Shown in pieces: positions 48,343 through 56,841 of a stretch of DNA of 64,000 nt. Both the position numbers and the translations under genes were made by a program. The stretch lies in the NCBI GenBank assembly GCA_041649555.1, contig JBAZMS010000001.1, positions 11,122-75,121 of the forward strand, in the 5' to 3' direction. Under the pieces are notes generated by a model. The model had not been told where the DNA came from. It saw only the letters and a program-made list of their open reading frames with translations, and did no database searches. The DNA comes from Candidatus Micrarchaeia archaeon. Lineage in GTDB: Archaea; Micrarchaeota; Micrarchaeia; Anstonellales; Bilamarchaeaceae. The stretch's first letter is position 1; each line of letters begins with the position of its first letter.

Positions 48343-49971
48343 ATGAATCTTAAACATTGCTCTATTCCAACTACACTAACTCATGCTAATCCAACCAGAA
48401 GTTCTTTTCTAATGCTCCTTAAAAACAAACTAGCTGTTTCTGGCCTGACCGAACAAATAAAGGAAAAATACTGGACAATTTATGGAACAGGAAGTATCGG
48501 CGCCAAGGCAGAAAAGCTGCTAAAGGATGCATGGGCAATAGAAAAAGCAGGCTTTGAATTAAATCCAAGAGTAGTTCTTTCAATGGATTTTTTTTGTGAT
48601 TTTTTAGAAAGAAATGGAATTTATGCTGCTGTGAAAAGAGGTGCAGATTATTCTGAAATTAAGGAAATAATAAATAATGCTGCGTTTAATTCTATTGAAA
48701 AGGAAGTTTTTCTTGAGATCCTTGAAAAATTTGAAGGAAAATACCTAGCTGTGCGTTCCTCGGCTTATGGAGACAGCAGTGGAACCGGCATTTATGAAAG
48801 TGTGTTCCATGCACCAGTTCAGGATAGGGAAATTGACCTTGAATATTTCATAATAGATATAAAAAGAGTTCTCACCAGTGAGTTTTCTGAAAAGGCAGTG
48901 GCATTTAAAGACAAGCTGAACCTTCCTAGTGGAATGGCTGTCCTGATTGAGCCTGTATTCGGCCGTTATTTTGAGGACCGATATGCCGACCAATTGTTTG
49001 GACCTGATTATGGTGGAATTGCATTCACTTCCTACGGAAAGTCTGGAAGGGCGAAAATATTTTTCTCCGCAGGACTTCCTACAAAAACAGTAGAGGGGAA
49101 AAGCATTCCATTAATCGAAGGAGATGAAAGAGACATATTTTCAATAATCTTTGATTATGACTTGAAATATACTCGCACATACTGGAGTACTAGACGGATT
49201 ATGATTGGAGAATACGGCGAATTTCTTCATGAGTATTCATCTAATTATCAGGAGGGCATATTAACAAAATCAGACCACTATCCAGAAATTTATTTCCAAT
49301 TCACAGAAATCTTTGAAAAACTTAAAACAATAGAAGCACTGCTTGGCCAGCCACAATATATTGAATGGGCTCTATCCCTTGACGGCGAAGCCTTGAAGCT
49401 GGCAATAGTGCAGATCTCAGATTTTCCCAGAGCCCCAGAACAGATGGAAATAACTAAGTCTGAAAACACATTTCTAAGTGCAATTAAGATCATGGGCTCA
49501 GGAGGGCACAAAAAAGGAAGATACCTTGTTGAAGTGAGAGATCCAGAAGACGTGTTCGTCCTTAATGAATTCAATAGAAGCCATAAAAACTACTGTGTGT
49601 TCTTTCCTGATGAAATAGTAAGCAAAACAAATAAAGAACGCAGGATCGATTTTGAAGACATCTCAAATTCACTTGTTCTGGTGGAATATATTGGAAATAA
49701 AAAGGAAAGTGTGTTTCGGCATGATGAATCTCCTGAACACCATACAGCCGGCCTCCTGAGAAAAACAGGCACAACGTATATTATGACCACTGATTTTAAC
49801 CTGGACCGAGTTTCTGAACTTCCAGATGAAAAAAGGAAAATACTCGAATTTAATGGACCTAGCGGGAAAATAAAATTAAGGTACTGGGACCTGGAATTTG
49901 AAGTTTTTGCAAGCATTCCGGATCAAGAAGCAGTATTGAATCTTTTACCTGATTCTGCTAAAAAAGAGTAG
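48343..49971 (+). CDS. PEP synthase/PPDK N-terminal ATP-grasp protein with degenerate His-swivel domain
   Basis: IGAKA, LAVRSSA, GIYESVF, MAVLIE, PQYIEWA; HHTAGLLR. Confidence 0.7.
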   Translation: MNLKHCSIPTTLTHANPTRSSFLMLLKNKLAVSGLTEQIKEKYWTIYGTGSIGAKAEKLLKDAWAIEKAGFELNPRVVLSMDFFCDFLERNGIYAAVKRGADYSEIKEIINNAAFNSIEKEVFLEILEKFEGKYLAVRSSAYGDSSGTGIYESVFHAPVQDREIDLEYFIIDIKRVLTSEFSEKAVAFKDKLNLPSGMAVLIEPVFGRYFEDRYADQLFGPDYGGIAFTSYGKSGRAKIFFSAGLPTKTVEGKSIPLIEGDERDIFSIIFDYDLKYTRTYWSTRRIMIGEYGEFLHEYSSNYQEGILTKSDHYPEIYFQFTEIFEKLKTIEALLGQPQYIEWALSLDGEALKLAIVQISDFPRAPEQMEITKSENTFLSAIKIMGSGGHKKGRYLVEVRDPEDVFVLNEFNRSHKNYCVFFPDEIVSKTNKERRIDFEDISNSLVLVEYIGNKKESVFRHDESPEHHTAGLLRKTGTTYIMTTDFNLDRVSELPDEKRKILEFNGPSGKIKLRYWDLEFEVFASIPDQEAVLNLLPDSAKKE

Positions 49972-50021
49972 TTTTTAATTTCCTTCCAATCAACCTATTA
50001 TCACAATTTTTGGTGGTATTT

Positions 50022-50768
50022 ATGAAGATAGTTATGAGTGAGGCGCCTTTTTTAAAATCTGCAATAGATTCAGTGGTAAATCTGGTGGAAGAGGGAGCAT
50101 TTGAAATAACAGAAAATGGGATAACCCTGAAAGCAATGGACCCGTCACAGATTTCAATGATTTCGTTTTCAATGGAAAAATCTTCTTTTGAAACATTTGA
50201 AATAACAGAGCCAAGAAAGCTTGGTTTGGATATATCCCAATTTTCCAATATTCTTGCAAGAGGAAAGAAAGGAGAAAAAGTTGAACTATCTCTTGAAGAC
50301 GGCAGGCTATCAATCTGCTTTTCAGCAGAAAAAAAGAAAAGAACATTCAAAATAAATCTTTTGGATATTGGAACAGGGGTTCAAAAAGAGCCGGCAATTC
50401 AATTTGAAAACAGCGTAACCCTTAATGCCGATGCGTTTAAAGAAATCCTAAAGGATGCAAAATTAATCAGTTCCCATGTGAAATTAATGCTTAATGCATC
50501 TGATTTTATTGTAGAGGTAAAAGGGGACACAGGACATTTGAAAGATGAATTTTCAAAAGGAAGCCAGGAGGTAATTGACCTTAAATCCGGAGAAAACGGG
50601 GCAAAATCCACATTTCCACTTCAATACCTCGAGGATATGGTCAAGGCAACTTCTGCATCAACTGCCCTTACAATATTTTTAGAAACAGATAAGCCCCTAA
50701 AAGTATTTTATGAGCTTTTTGGAGCAAAAATAACCTATTATCTTGCGCCAAGGATTGAGAATGAATGA
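50022..50768 (+). CDS. pcn: PCNA sliding clamp
   Basis: AMDPSQISMI, FPLQYL, DKPL, YYLAPRIE. Confidence 0.96.
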   Translation: MKIVMSEAPFLKSAIDSVVNLVEEGAFEITENGITLKAMDPSQISMISFSMEKSSFETFEITEPRKLGLDISQFSNILARGKKGEKVELSLEDGRLSICFSAEKKKRTFKINLLDIGTGVQKEPAIQFENSVTLNADAFKEILKDAKLISSHVKLMLNASDFIVEVKGDTGHLKDEFSKGSQEVIDLKSGENGAKSTFPLQYLEDMVKATSASTALTIFLETDKPLKVFYELFGAKITYYLAPRIENE

Positions 50769-51031
50769 GCCAGTTAAATCTTGAAAAAAGAATAGAAAAA
50801 ATAGAGGAAAGAAATAGAAAAGTAGAATTGGATAAATCGTGGGAAATTTCAATTACGCGAAGGGGCGTTCTTGTTTTATTTACCTATCTTGCAATTGGGT
50901 TTTATCTTTCTGCAATAGAAATTAAGGACCCGTGACTCAATGCGATTGTTCCAGCCTTTGCATTTATGCTTTCAACTCTCACACTTCCTTTTTTCAAGAA
51001 ATTTTGGAGCAAATATATTTATAAAAACTAA
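50765..51031 (+). pseudogene. Small two-TM membrane protein interrupted by an in-frame TGA (50933-50935)
   Basis: Hand translation MSQLNLEKRIEKIEERNRKVELDKSWE...KDP*LNAIVPAFAFMLSTLTLPFFKKFWSKYIYKN*; fills the gap between PCNA and the deaminase exactly. Confidence 0.7.
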
Positions 51032-51511
51032 ATGTCTTTTATTTTTATGAAAGATCCAATCCTTATTGCAATAGATGCTGCCAAAAAAGGAATGAGAAAA
51101 GGAAATTCCCCCTTTGGCTGTGCAATAATTAAAAATGGAAAACTAATTTCAACCGGGAATAGCACTGTTTTAGAAAAAAATGATCCAACAAGCCATGCAG
51201 AAATAAATGCAATCAGAATTGCCTGCAAAAAACTAAAAACCTTTGATTTATCTAATTGTACTCTTTATTCAACTACAGAACCCTGCCCGATGTGTTTTTC
51301 TGCAATTCACTGGGCAAGAATAAAAATAATTTACTACGGAACAGATATCTCTGATGTCAAAAAACTTGGATTTTCTGAATTAGTGATTTCCAATCATCTG
51401 ATAAAAAAATTAGGACAAATCAAAATAAAAATAATTAAAAATTATAAACGAAAAGAATGTCTTGATTTACTAAAAAAATGGAAAAAAAACAAGAAAAGAA
51501 AAACCTATTAA
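51032..51511 (+). CDS. Zn-dependent nucleoside/guanine deaminase
   Basis: PFGC, DPTSHAE, EPCPMC..AIHWA. Confidence 0.88.
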   Translation: MSFIFMKDPILIAIDAAKKGMRKGNSPFGCAIIKNGKLISTGNSTVLEKNDPTSHAEINAIRIACKKLKTFDLSNCTLYSTTEPCPMCFSAIHWARIKIIYYGTDISDVKKLGFSELVISNHLIKKLGQIKIKIIKNYKRKECLDLLKKWKKNKKRKTY

Positions 51512-51512
51512 A

Positions 51513-51959
51513 TTACATTTTCATATTCTCTAATTGATTTTTACAGATTTCTCTTACTCTTTGATTATCATCATTCAAACCTGCTTTCAATCCATCTATT
51601 ACTTTATTGTGAATATTCGAACTCTTATCCAATACAGTTGCCAATATAACTACGCAGCTCTTTCTAATCGTAACATTTTTATTTTCTTTCAGTTCTGTTA
51701 CCATTCTATCTAATATATCTGTATCTCCCCGCATTATCATATTTGTCAAGACAGGTATAATCTGCTTTCTCATTTTCTGCGAGCCTTTCAATCTTGCCAT
51801 CCATTTATTCATTAATTTATCTCTGGTTTCTTGGATATCTTCTCGCATTGTTTTCATCAATCTAAATACATCTCCAGATTTTTCTACTCTTCTAGTGCCT
51901 CTTCCAGCATGTACTTGTTTTGTTGTTGGAATTTTCCTTTTCAAATCTGATTTAAACAT
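51513..51959 (-). CDS. Hypothetical protein with HEAT-like repeats
   Basis: NVTIRKSC and LNDDNQRVRE; basic N-terminus. Confidence 0.55.
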   Translation of the reverse strand: MFKSDLKRKIPTTKQVHAGRGTRRVEKSGDVFRLMKTMREDIQETRDKLMNKWMARLKGSQKMRKQIIPVLTNMIMRGDTDILDRMVTELKENKNVTIRKSCVVILATVLDKSSNIHNKVIDGLKAGLNDDNQRVREICKNQLENMKM

Positions 51960-52029
51960 AATGTCACTAGTAATAACTATAAATCAATATATTTAAAAAT
52001 CCATTCTATACCACCAAATAAAAGAAGAT

Positions 52030-52896
52030 TTACATAAACTCTTTTACCAAATGGTCTATTTTTATATTGGTTATTTCCTGTCCGACTAATTCGTTTTCTT
52101 TTAATTGGGGCAATTCTCCCTCATAAGTGGGTTTATCAACCTTATAAAATACCCCGATTGGAAGCTTCTTGTAATCAGTCCATACATCCTCATAAGCTTT
52201 TTCAATTGCCTTATGAAAATCATCCGGCCTATAATCTGTTTCACTTAACTTATATACCTTTTCTTGAAACCACTGATAGGTATTTAATTTATTGAAAGTA
52301 ACACAGGGCTGAAAAATATCAACAAGGGAAAACCCTTTATGTTTTATTGCACCTTTAATCATTTCTTTCATATGATTCATATCCCCTGCAAAGGTTCTTG
52401 CAACATAAGTTGCCCCATTGATTATTGCATTTGCAATAGGATTATACTGGGTTTCCAGGACCCCAAAAGGAGTTGATTTTGTTTTCTGCCCCTTTTGAGT
52501 AGTAGGCGATGCCTGTCCGGTAGTCAATCCATATATCTGATTATTATGAACAAGGTAGGTCATATCATAATTTCTTCTGCAAATATGAGTAAAATGCTGG
52601 GCTCCCTCTCCATATCCATCCCCGTCTCCGGACAGAGCAATTACAGTCAGTTTTCTATTTGAGATTTTAATGCCAGATGCCAAAGGAAGCGTCCTTCCAT
52701 GTAATCCCTCATATCCATAAGTATTTAGGTAATGAGGCAATTTCGAATTGCATCCAATTCCAGAAACTACAACAATATCTTTCTGTTCTAATCCAAGTTC
52801 TGCAAGAGAGCTTTTAATCCCCATCAAAATTCCAAAATTTCCGCACCCAGGACACCACTGCGGCCGTTCATTGATATTCAAATCAGCAATATTCAT
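52030..52896 (-). CDS. 2-oxoacid:ferredoxin oxidoreductase beta subunit
   Basis: WCPGCG, SGIGC, LHGR, GDGD, YGLTTGQASPT, QPCVTFN. Confidence 0.94.
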   Translation of the reverse strand: MNIADLNINERPQWCPGCGNFGILMGIKSSLAELGLEQKDIVVVSGIGCNSKLPHYLNTYGYEGLHGRTLPLASGIKISNRKLTVIALSGDGDGYGEGAQHFTHICRRNYDMTYLVHNNQIYGLTTGQASPTTQKGQKTKSTPFGVLETQYNPIANAIINGATYVARTFAGDMNHMKEMIKGAIKHKGFSLVDIFQPCVTFNKLNTYQWFQEKVYKLSETDYRPDDFHKAIEKAYEDVWTDYKKLPIGVFYKVDKPTYEGELPQLKENELVGQEITNIKIDHLVKEFM

Positions 52897-52905
52897 AAAA
52901 ATCAC

Positions 52906-54723
52906 CTATAACCCGTACCTTTGAGTATTATAATACTCAATATCTTCAGTTTCTTTAATATGGATAGTTTTTTCGCACTTAAATCCAGAATCAATTATCT
53001 TTTTTGCATTTTTTGCAATGCTTTCAGGAAAATGTTGCCGTCCATCATATCTCAAAATATAATAATCCGGTACAAATCCAGTATATTCTCTTAGAATTCC
53101 TGCAAACTGGGCTGTGGAATTATTTTCAACCATTATTGTTTTTTTGCACTTCTTAAATATTTCCAAAATCTTTTTTTCATCCAAGGGAAACACTATGCTA
53201 AAATGAATTGCATTCGCACTTATTCCAAATTCTTTAAGAATTGGAAGAGAATCCAAAACAGGAAGCAGTTGCGAGCCCCAGCAAATAAAGGTAATCTCTG
53301 CATTGTCTGTTCCATAAATTTTTGGCATTGGAATATCCTTTAAAATTCCATCCAATTTTTTATTTAATTTATTCACCATCTCAAATCGTTTGGTAAAACT
53401 CTCAGTGCTAAATCCAGTCTCATCATGAACATACGAGGTTGCAACATGCATTCCATTTTCCTGCCCCGGAAGAGACCGGACAGATACTCCGTTTTTAGTA
53501 ATTTCATATCTTCTAAATCTTTCCATCGGGTTTAAGTTTGGAAGAGTTCCTGCAATCTTTCCCCTATTATTTTTTATTTCTGAATTGTCAAATGGCTCAC
53601 ATGAGAAATGGCTTTCAGCCAGGAATTTATCGCTTAATATAAACACCGGAAGTTGATATTTGTCTGCCATGTTTAATGCCTCTGCGGCCAGTTTGAATGA
53701 TTCTTCAATTGTTCCGGGTGCATAAACTATTCTTAGAAAATCCCCTTGTGAGGAATTAAGTGCAAATTTCAAATCTGCCTGTTCAGTCCATGTAGGCATT
53801 CCTGTACTCGGTCCGGTTCGTTGTGCAAGATAGATTACAAGAGGTGTTTCTGCCAATGCCGACATTCCAATTGTCTCAGTCATTAGTGCAAATCCCCCCC
53901 CAGAACTCCCAGTCATTGCCCTTGCTCCTGCAAACGATGCGCCAATTGCATAATTTATTGCAGCAATCTCATCTTCAGTATGTTTTACAACAATTCCTGC
54001 CTTTCTCTCAACTTCAGCCAAATAATGAAGGACTCCTGATGCAGGGGTCATTGGATATGCTGCATAAAATTTTAATCCTCCTGCAATTGCCCCAATCCCC
54101 ACAGCCTCATTTCCTCCAATAACCATTTTTGGTTTTTCATTTCCACGCTCCATTTTCATTGGAAATTCCTCAGGTTTAAGGTTTTCTTTAACATAATTAT
54201 AAGCTATTTTTGCGCAGTTTATATTTGCCTCAACAACATCCTTTCCTTTTTTTCCAAATGTTTCTTCGAGCATTTTATTTAGGTCATCTATTGGATATTT
54301 TATGAGCGATAAGAGAGCTCCAGTCAATATAATATTTTCCATCCTCTTGTCTGCCTGTGCCTTTTGCAGAATCTCATCTATTGGGAGTGTGTATAATTTT
54401 ATTTTCTTATCTAATTTATATTTGGTTAAATCCAATTTTGAATCACACAAAATCGCTCCGGGCTCTAGCATATGTTTGTGGTGAAAAAATACTGCATCAG
54501 TATTTAATGCAATTAAGATATTTGCCTTTTCTAAGGGGCTGTATATTTTTTCCCTGCATACCCTTATTTGATATACATTGTGCCCTCCTCTAACAAGCGA
54601 GGGATATTCCGGGTATCCAATTACATTTAATCCAGATCTTGCAAATATTTTGCATAATGTTCTTCCAGTAATATTTGCTCCTTGTCCTGCCTGCCCGCCA
54701 ACTTTTATTATAATTTCTGTCAT
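52906..54723 (-). CDS. 2-oxoacid:ferredoxin oxidoreductase alpha subunit (gamma-alpha fusion)
   Basis: GGQAGQG, VRGGHN, YPMTP, EDEIAA, SGGGF, GPSTGMPT. Confidence 0.94.
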   Translation of the reverse strand: MTEIIIKVGGQAGQGANITGRTLCKIFARSGLNVIGYPEYPSLVRGGHNVYQIRVCREKIYSPLEKANILIALNTDAVFFHHKHMLEPGAILCDSKLDLTKYKLDKKIKLYTLPIDEILQKAQADKRMENIILTGALLSLIKYPIDDLNKMLEETFGKKGKDVVEANINCAKIAYNYVKENLKPEEFPMKMERGNEKPKMVIGGNEAVGIGAIAGGLKFYAAYPMTPASGVLHYLAEVERKAGIVVKHTEDEIAAINYAIGASFAGARAMTGSSGGGFALMTETIGMSALAETPLVIYLAQRTGPSTGMPTWTEQADLKFALNSSQGDFLRIVYAPGTIEESFKLAAEALNMADKYQLPVFILSDKFLAESHFSCEPFDNSEIKNNRGKIAGTLPNLNPMERFRRYEITKNGVSVRSLPGQENGMHVATSYVHDETGFSTESFTKRFEMVNKLNKKLDGILKDIPMPKIYGTDNAEITFICWGSQLLPVLDSLPILKEFGISANAIHFSIVFPLDEKKILEIFKKCKKTIMVENNSTAQFAGILREYTGFVPDYYILRYDGRQHFPESIAKNAKKIIDSGFKCEKTIHIKETEDIEYYNTQRYGL

Positions 54724-54835
54724 CAGGTCCACCTTAAATATGTTTTTTGCCAAATATTTTAAAACCAATCGAACACTAAATCGTCAAAAAACGAAATAAT
54801 ACCTCTTTAAATTAATTTACCTTTAAATAATTATT

Positions 54836-55693
54836 ATGCTCTTATATGCACCCAAAAAATCCAGCATACCACATAGGAGTTCTAACTTTTGGAAAAGAGT
54901 TTCCCAATATGATCCTCTCCCAAAACCAATCCCTGATTCTCATCTAGCATACCGGATTTTTTTTCAGTGGCATTATATATTAACCTCATTAGTCAAAGAG
55001 GATGGATTAGACCAAAAAATGGATGTACTTTTGGAACTTTCAAAATTATCTGATTTTGGTTTTCTCTGCCATACTATATTTTCAGATGCATATCTTGCCT
55101 CCAAACAAAATGAAAAAGCACAAATAATTAGCAGGATAACTTCTTTCAACCTCCTTTGCGATGTTTTCTATGAATTATTAGAGTTATTGAGGCAAAATGA
55201 TTTCGCAACCCACATAAAAATATTTGCATCAAGATCTCTGGAGCTTTCAAAAGAATTTGAATTTTCAGATAAACAAAATGAAACTGAAAAAGCATTAAGA
55301 ATACTTTCCCAGCTTTTTGTATTCTCCGGAGCATTCCATGAAAAAGATCCTTGTTTTGAAAATGGGATTAATTTTCTAGCAGATCTCGCCTTGCACCCAG
55401 AATCACTTAATTTAGTCCTTGATCTCTTTGAGGATATAACCCTTATTCTAAATAAACAGAATAAAACAAAAGATCATTCCTCTAATTACAATACCAGTAT
55501 TCCAAGGGCAATGCCTATTTCATCTTCCATATATCAGTTCCTGCATACCCTCTTTAAAAAAGAATTAAGCCCGCAACTTGCAATTGAGTTAGGAAAATTA
55601 CTCCCGCAAGAAAATCAGGATGTTTTTGTTGGGCCGGATTCAATTCATCTTAAAAATTTGGGCACTCCTCCTCAAATTTTCAATTCAGGCTGA
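54836..55693 (+). CDS. Hypothetical helical protein
   Basis: 285-aa ORF with TATA-like upstream sequence; no motif recognised. Confidence 0.55.
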   Translation: MLLYAPKKSSIPHRSSNFWKRVSQYDPLPKPIPDSHLAYRIFFQWHYILTSLVKEDGLDQKMDVLLELSKLSDFGFLCHTIFSDAYLASKQNEKAQIISRITSFNLLCDVFYELLELLRQNDFATHIKIFASRSLELSKEFEFSDKQNETEKALRILSQLFVFSGAFHEKDPCFENGINFLADLALHPESLNLVLDLFEDITLILNKQNKTKDHSSNYNTSIPRAMPISSSIYQFLHTLFKKELSPQLAIELGKLLPQENQDVFVGPDSIHLKNLGTPPQIFNSG

Positions 55694-56724
55694 TCAATGC
55701 TTTCTAAAAATTCATCCTCTATCTTGCTTACGATCAACTTCTTGCACTCTGCATCCATTCCTAAAATTTTGGCAATAGAAGGTTTTGTTCTTTCCAAATC
55801 CCCATGTATCAGCTCTTTTATATATGTTCCCGGCTCAGTTTTAATTTCAATCTCAAATCCGGTTTCCCTGATTTTGCCTATTTTTAAATCAAGTATTTTT
55901 CTTTTTCTTGTAAGATTTGCCCTTCTATGTATTACCCTGTTTGGCGTTTTTTGAAAAATTATTCTCCCATCCAGTTCTTTTAAAACCTTTTTTATGTCTG
56001 TTTGGCTTATTTTGCTATTTGTTTCAACTTCAGCTAGATAAATCTTGTCAAAATGGGAGTTTGAGACAATCTCAACAAAACCTCTTGGAACTATTTTAAG
56101 ATTGCGTACTGCAATAATGCCTGTTTTTAAAATATTTTCCCTGATTTTTTCCAAATTCACATTTAATTTTTCCGGCTCCACCAACTCTAAAACAAACGGC
56201 CGCCCTGCAAGATTGCACACATCAACATCCTCTCTTCCGGATGCATGAAGAAAATAATTTTTGCACTTAAATTCCTTTTTGAATTCCTCGCCCATTACCT
56301 CTTCAATTGAAAGATAGTTTTTTCCGCTCTCTTTACACTCCCGGCACCCCTTTCCAGAACAGTTTCTGCATACCCACCTTGTTTGGGAAATCCCGCCCGA
56401 ATATTTTTCATATCTTCCAAAAATAAAAAGAGGCTCTCTTGTTATAAAATAAGACTCATTTTTCAGATCGTATTTTATTCTAAAATTTGCATTTTCAGCC
56501 ATATATCCTTTTCCTGTCTCTTTTTTTATCTTCTCAACTACAATCTTATTTATTCTTCCCTTTATGCACTCATATTCCAAATCTAAATCCCAGTATTCCT
56601 CTTCTTCAATACTCCAATTATGCGGAATTGAGGTTGAAATGCAAAAGTTTCCTTCATTTTCTTTTATTTTTGGGATACTCTCTTCAATCATTTCTTCTAA
56701 TTTTTCAATTTTAAAATCAATCAT
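55672..56724 (-). CDS. pus10: tRNA pseudouridine(54/55) synthase
   Basis: GISQTRW, HASGREDVDV, GRPF, QKTP.RV.HRRA, GTYIKELIHGD..RT.PS. Confidence 0.93.
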   Translation of the reverse strand: MIDFKIEKLEEMIEESIPKIKENEGNFCISTSIPHNWSIEEEEYWDLDLEYECIKGRINKIVVEKIKKETGKGYMAENANFRIKYDLKNESYFITREPLFIFGRYEKYSGGISQTRWVCRNCSGKGCRECKESGKNYLSIEEVMGEEFKKEFKCKNYFLHASGREDVDVCNLAGRPFVLELVEPEKLNVNLEKIRENILKTGIIAVRNLKIVPRGFVEIVSNSHFDKIYLAEVETNSKISQTDIKKVLKELDGRIIFQKTPNRVIHRRANLTRKRKILDLKIGKIRETGFEIEIKTEPGTYIKELIHGDLERTKPSIAKILGMDAECKKLIVSKIEDEFLESIDQPELKI

Positions 56725-56841
56725 TGAGTTATAATTAGAAATCTAAAAAAATAAAAAGAGAAGAGAATTGGCATTTAAACAAATACTTCAATCATGCCGG
56801 GATTAGAAAAAGATATAAATCTCTGTTGCCAATATTTTTTT

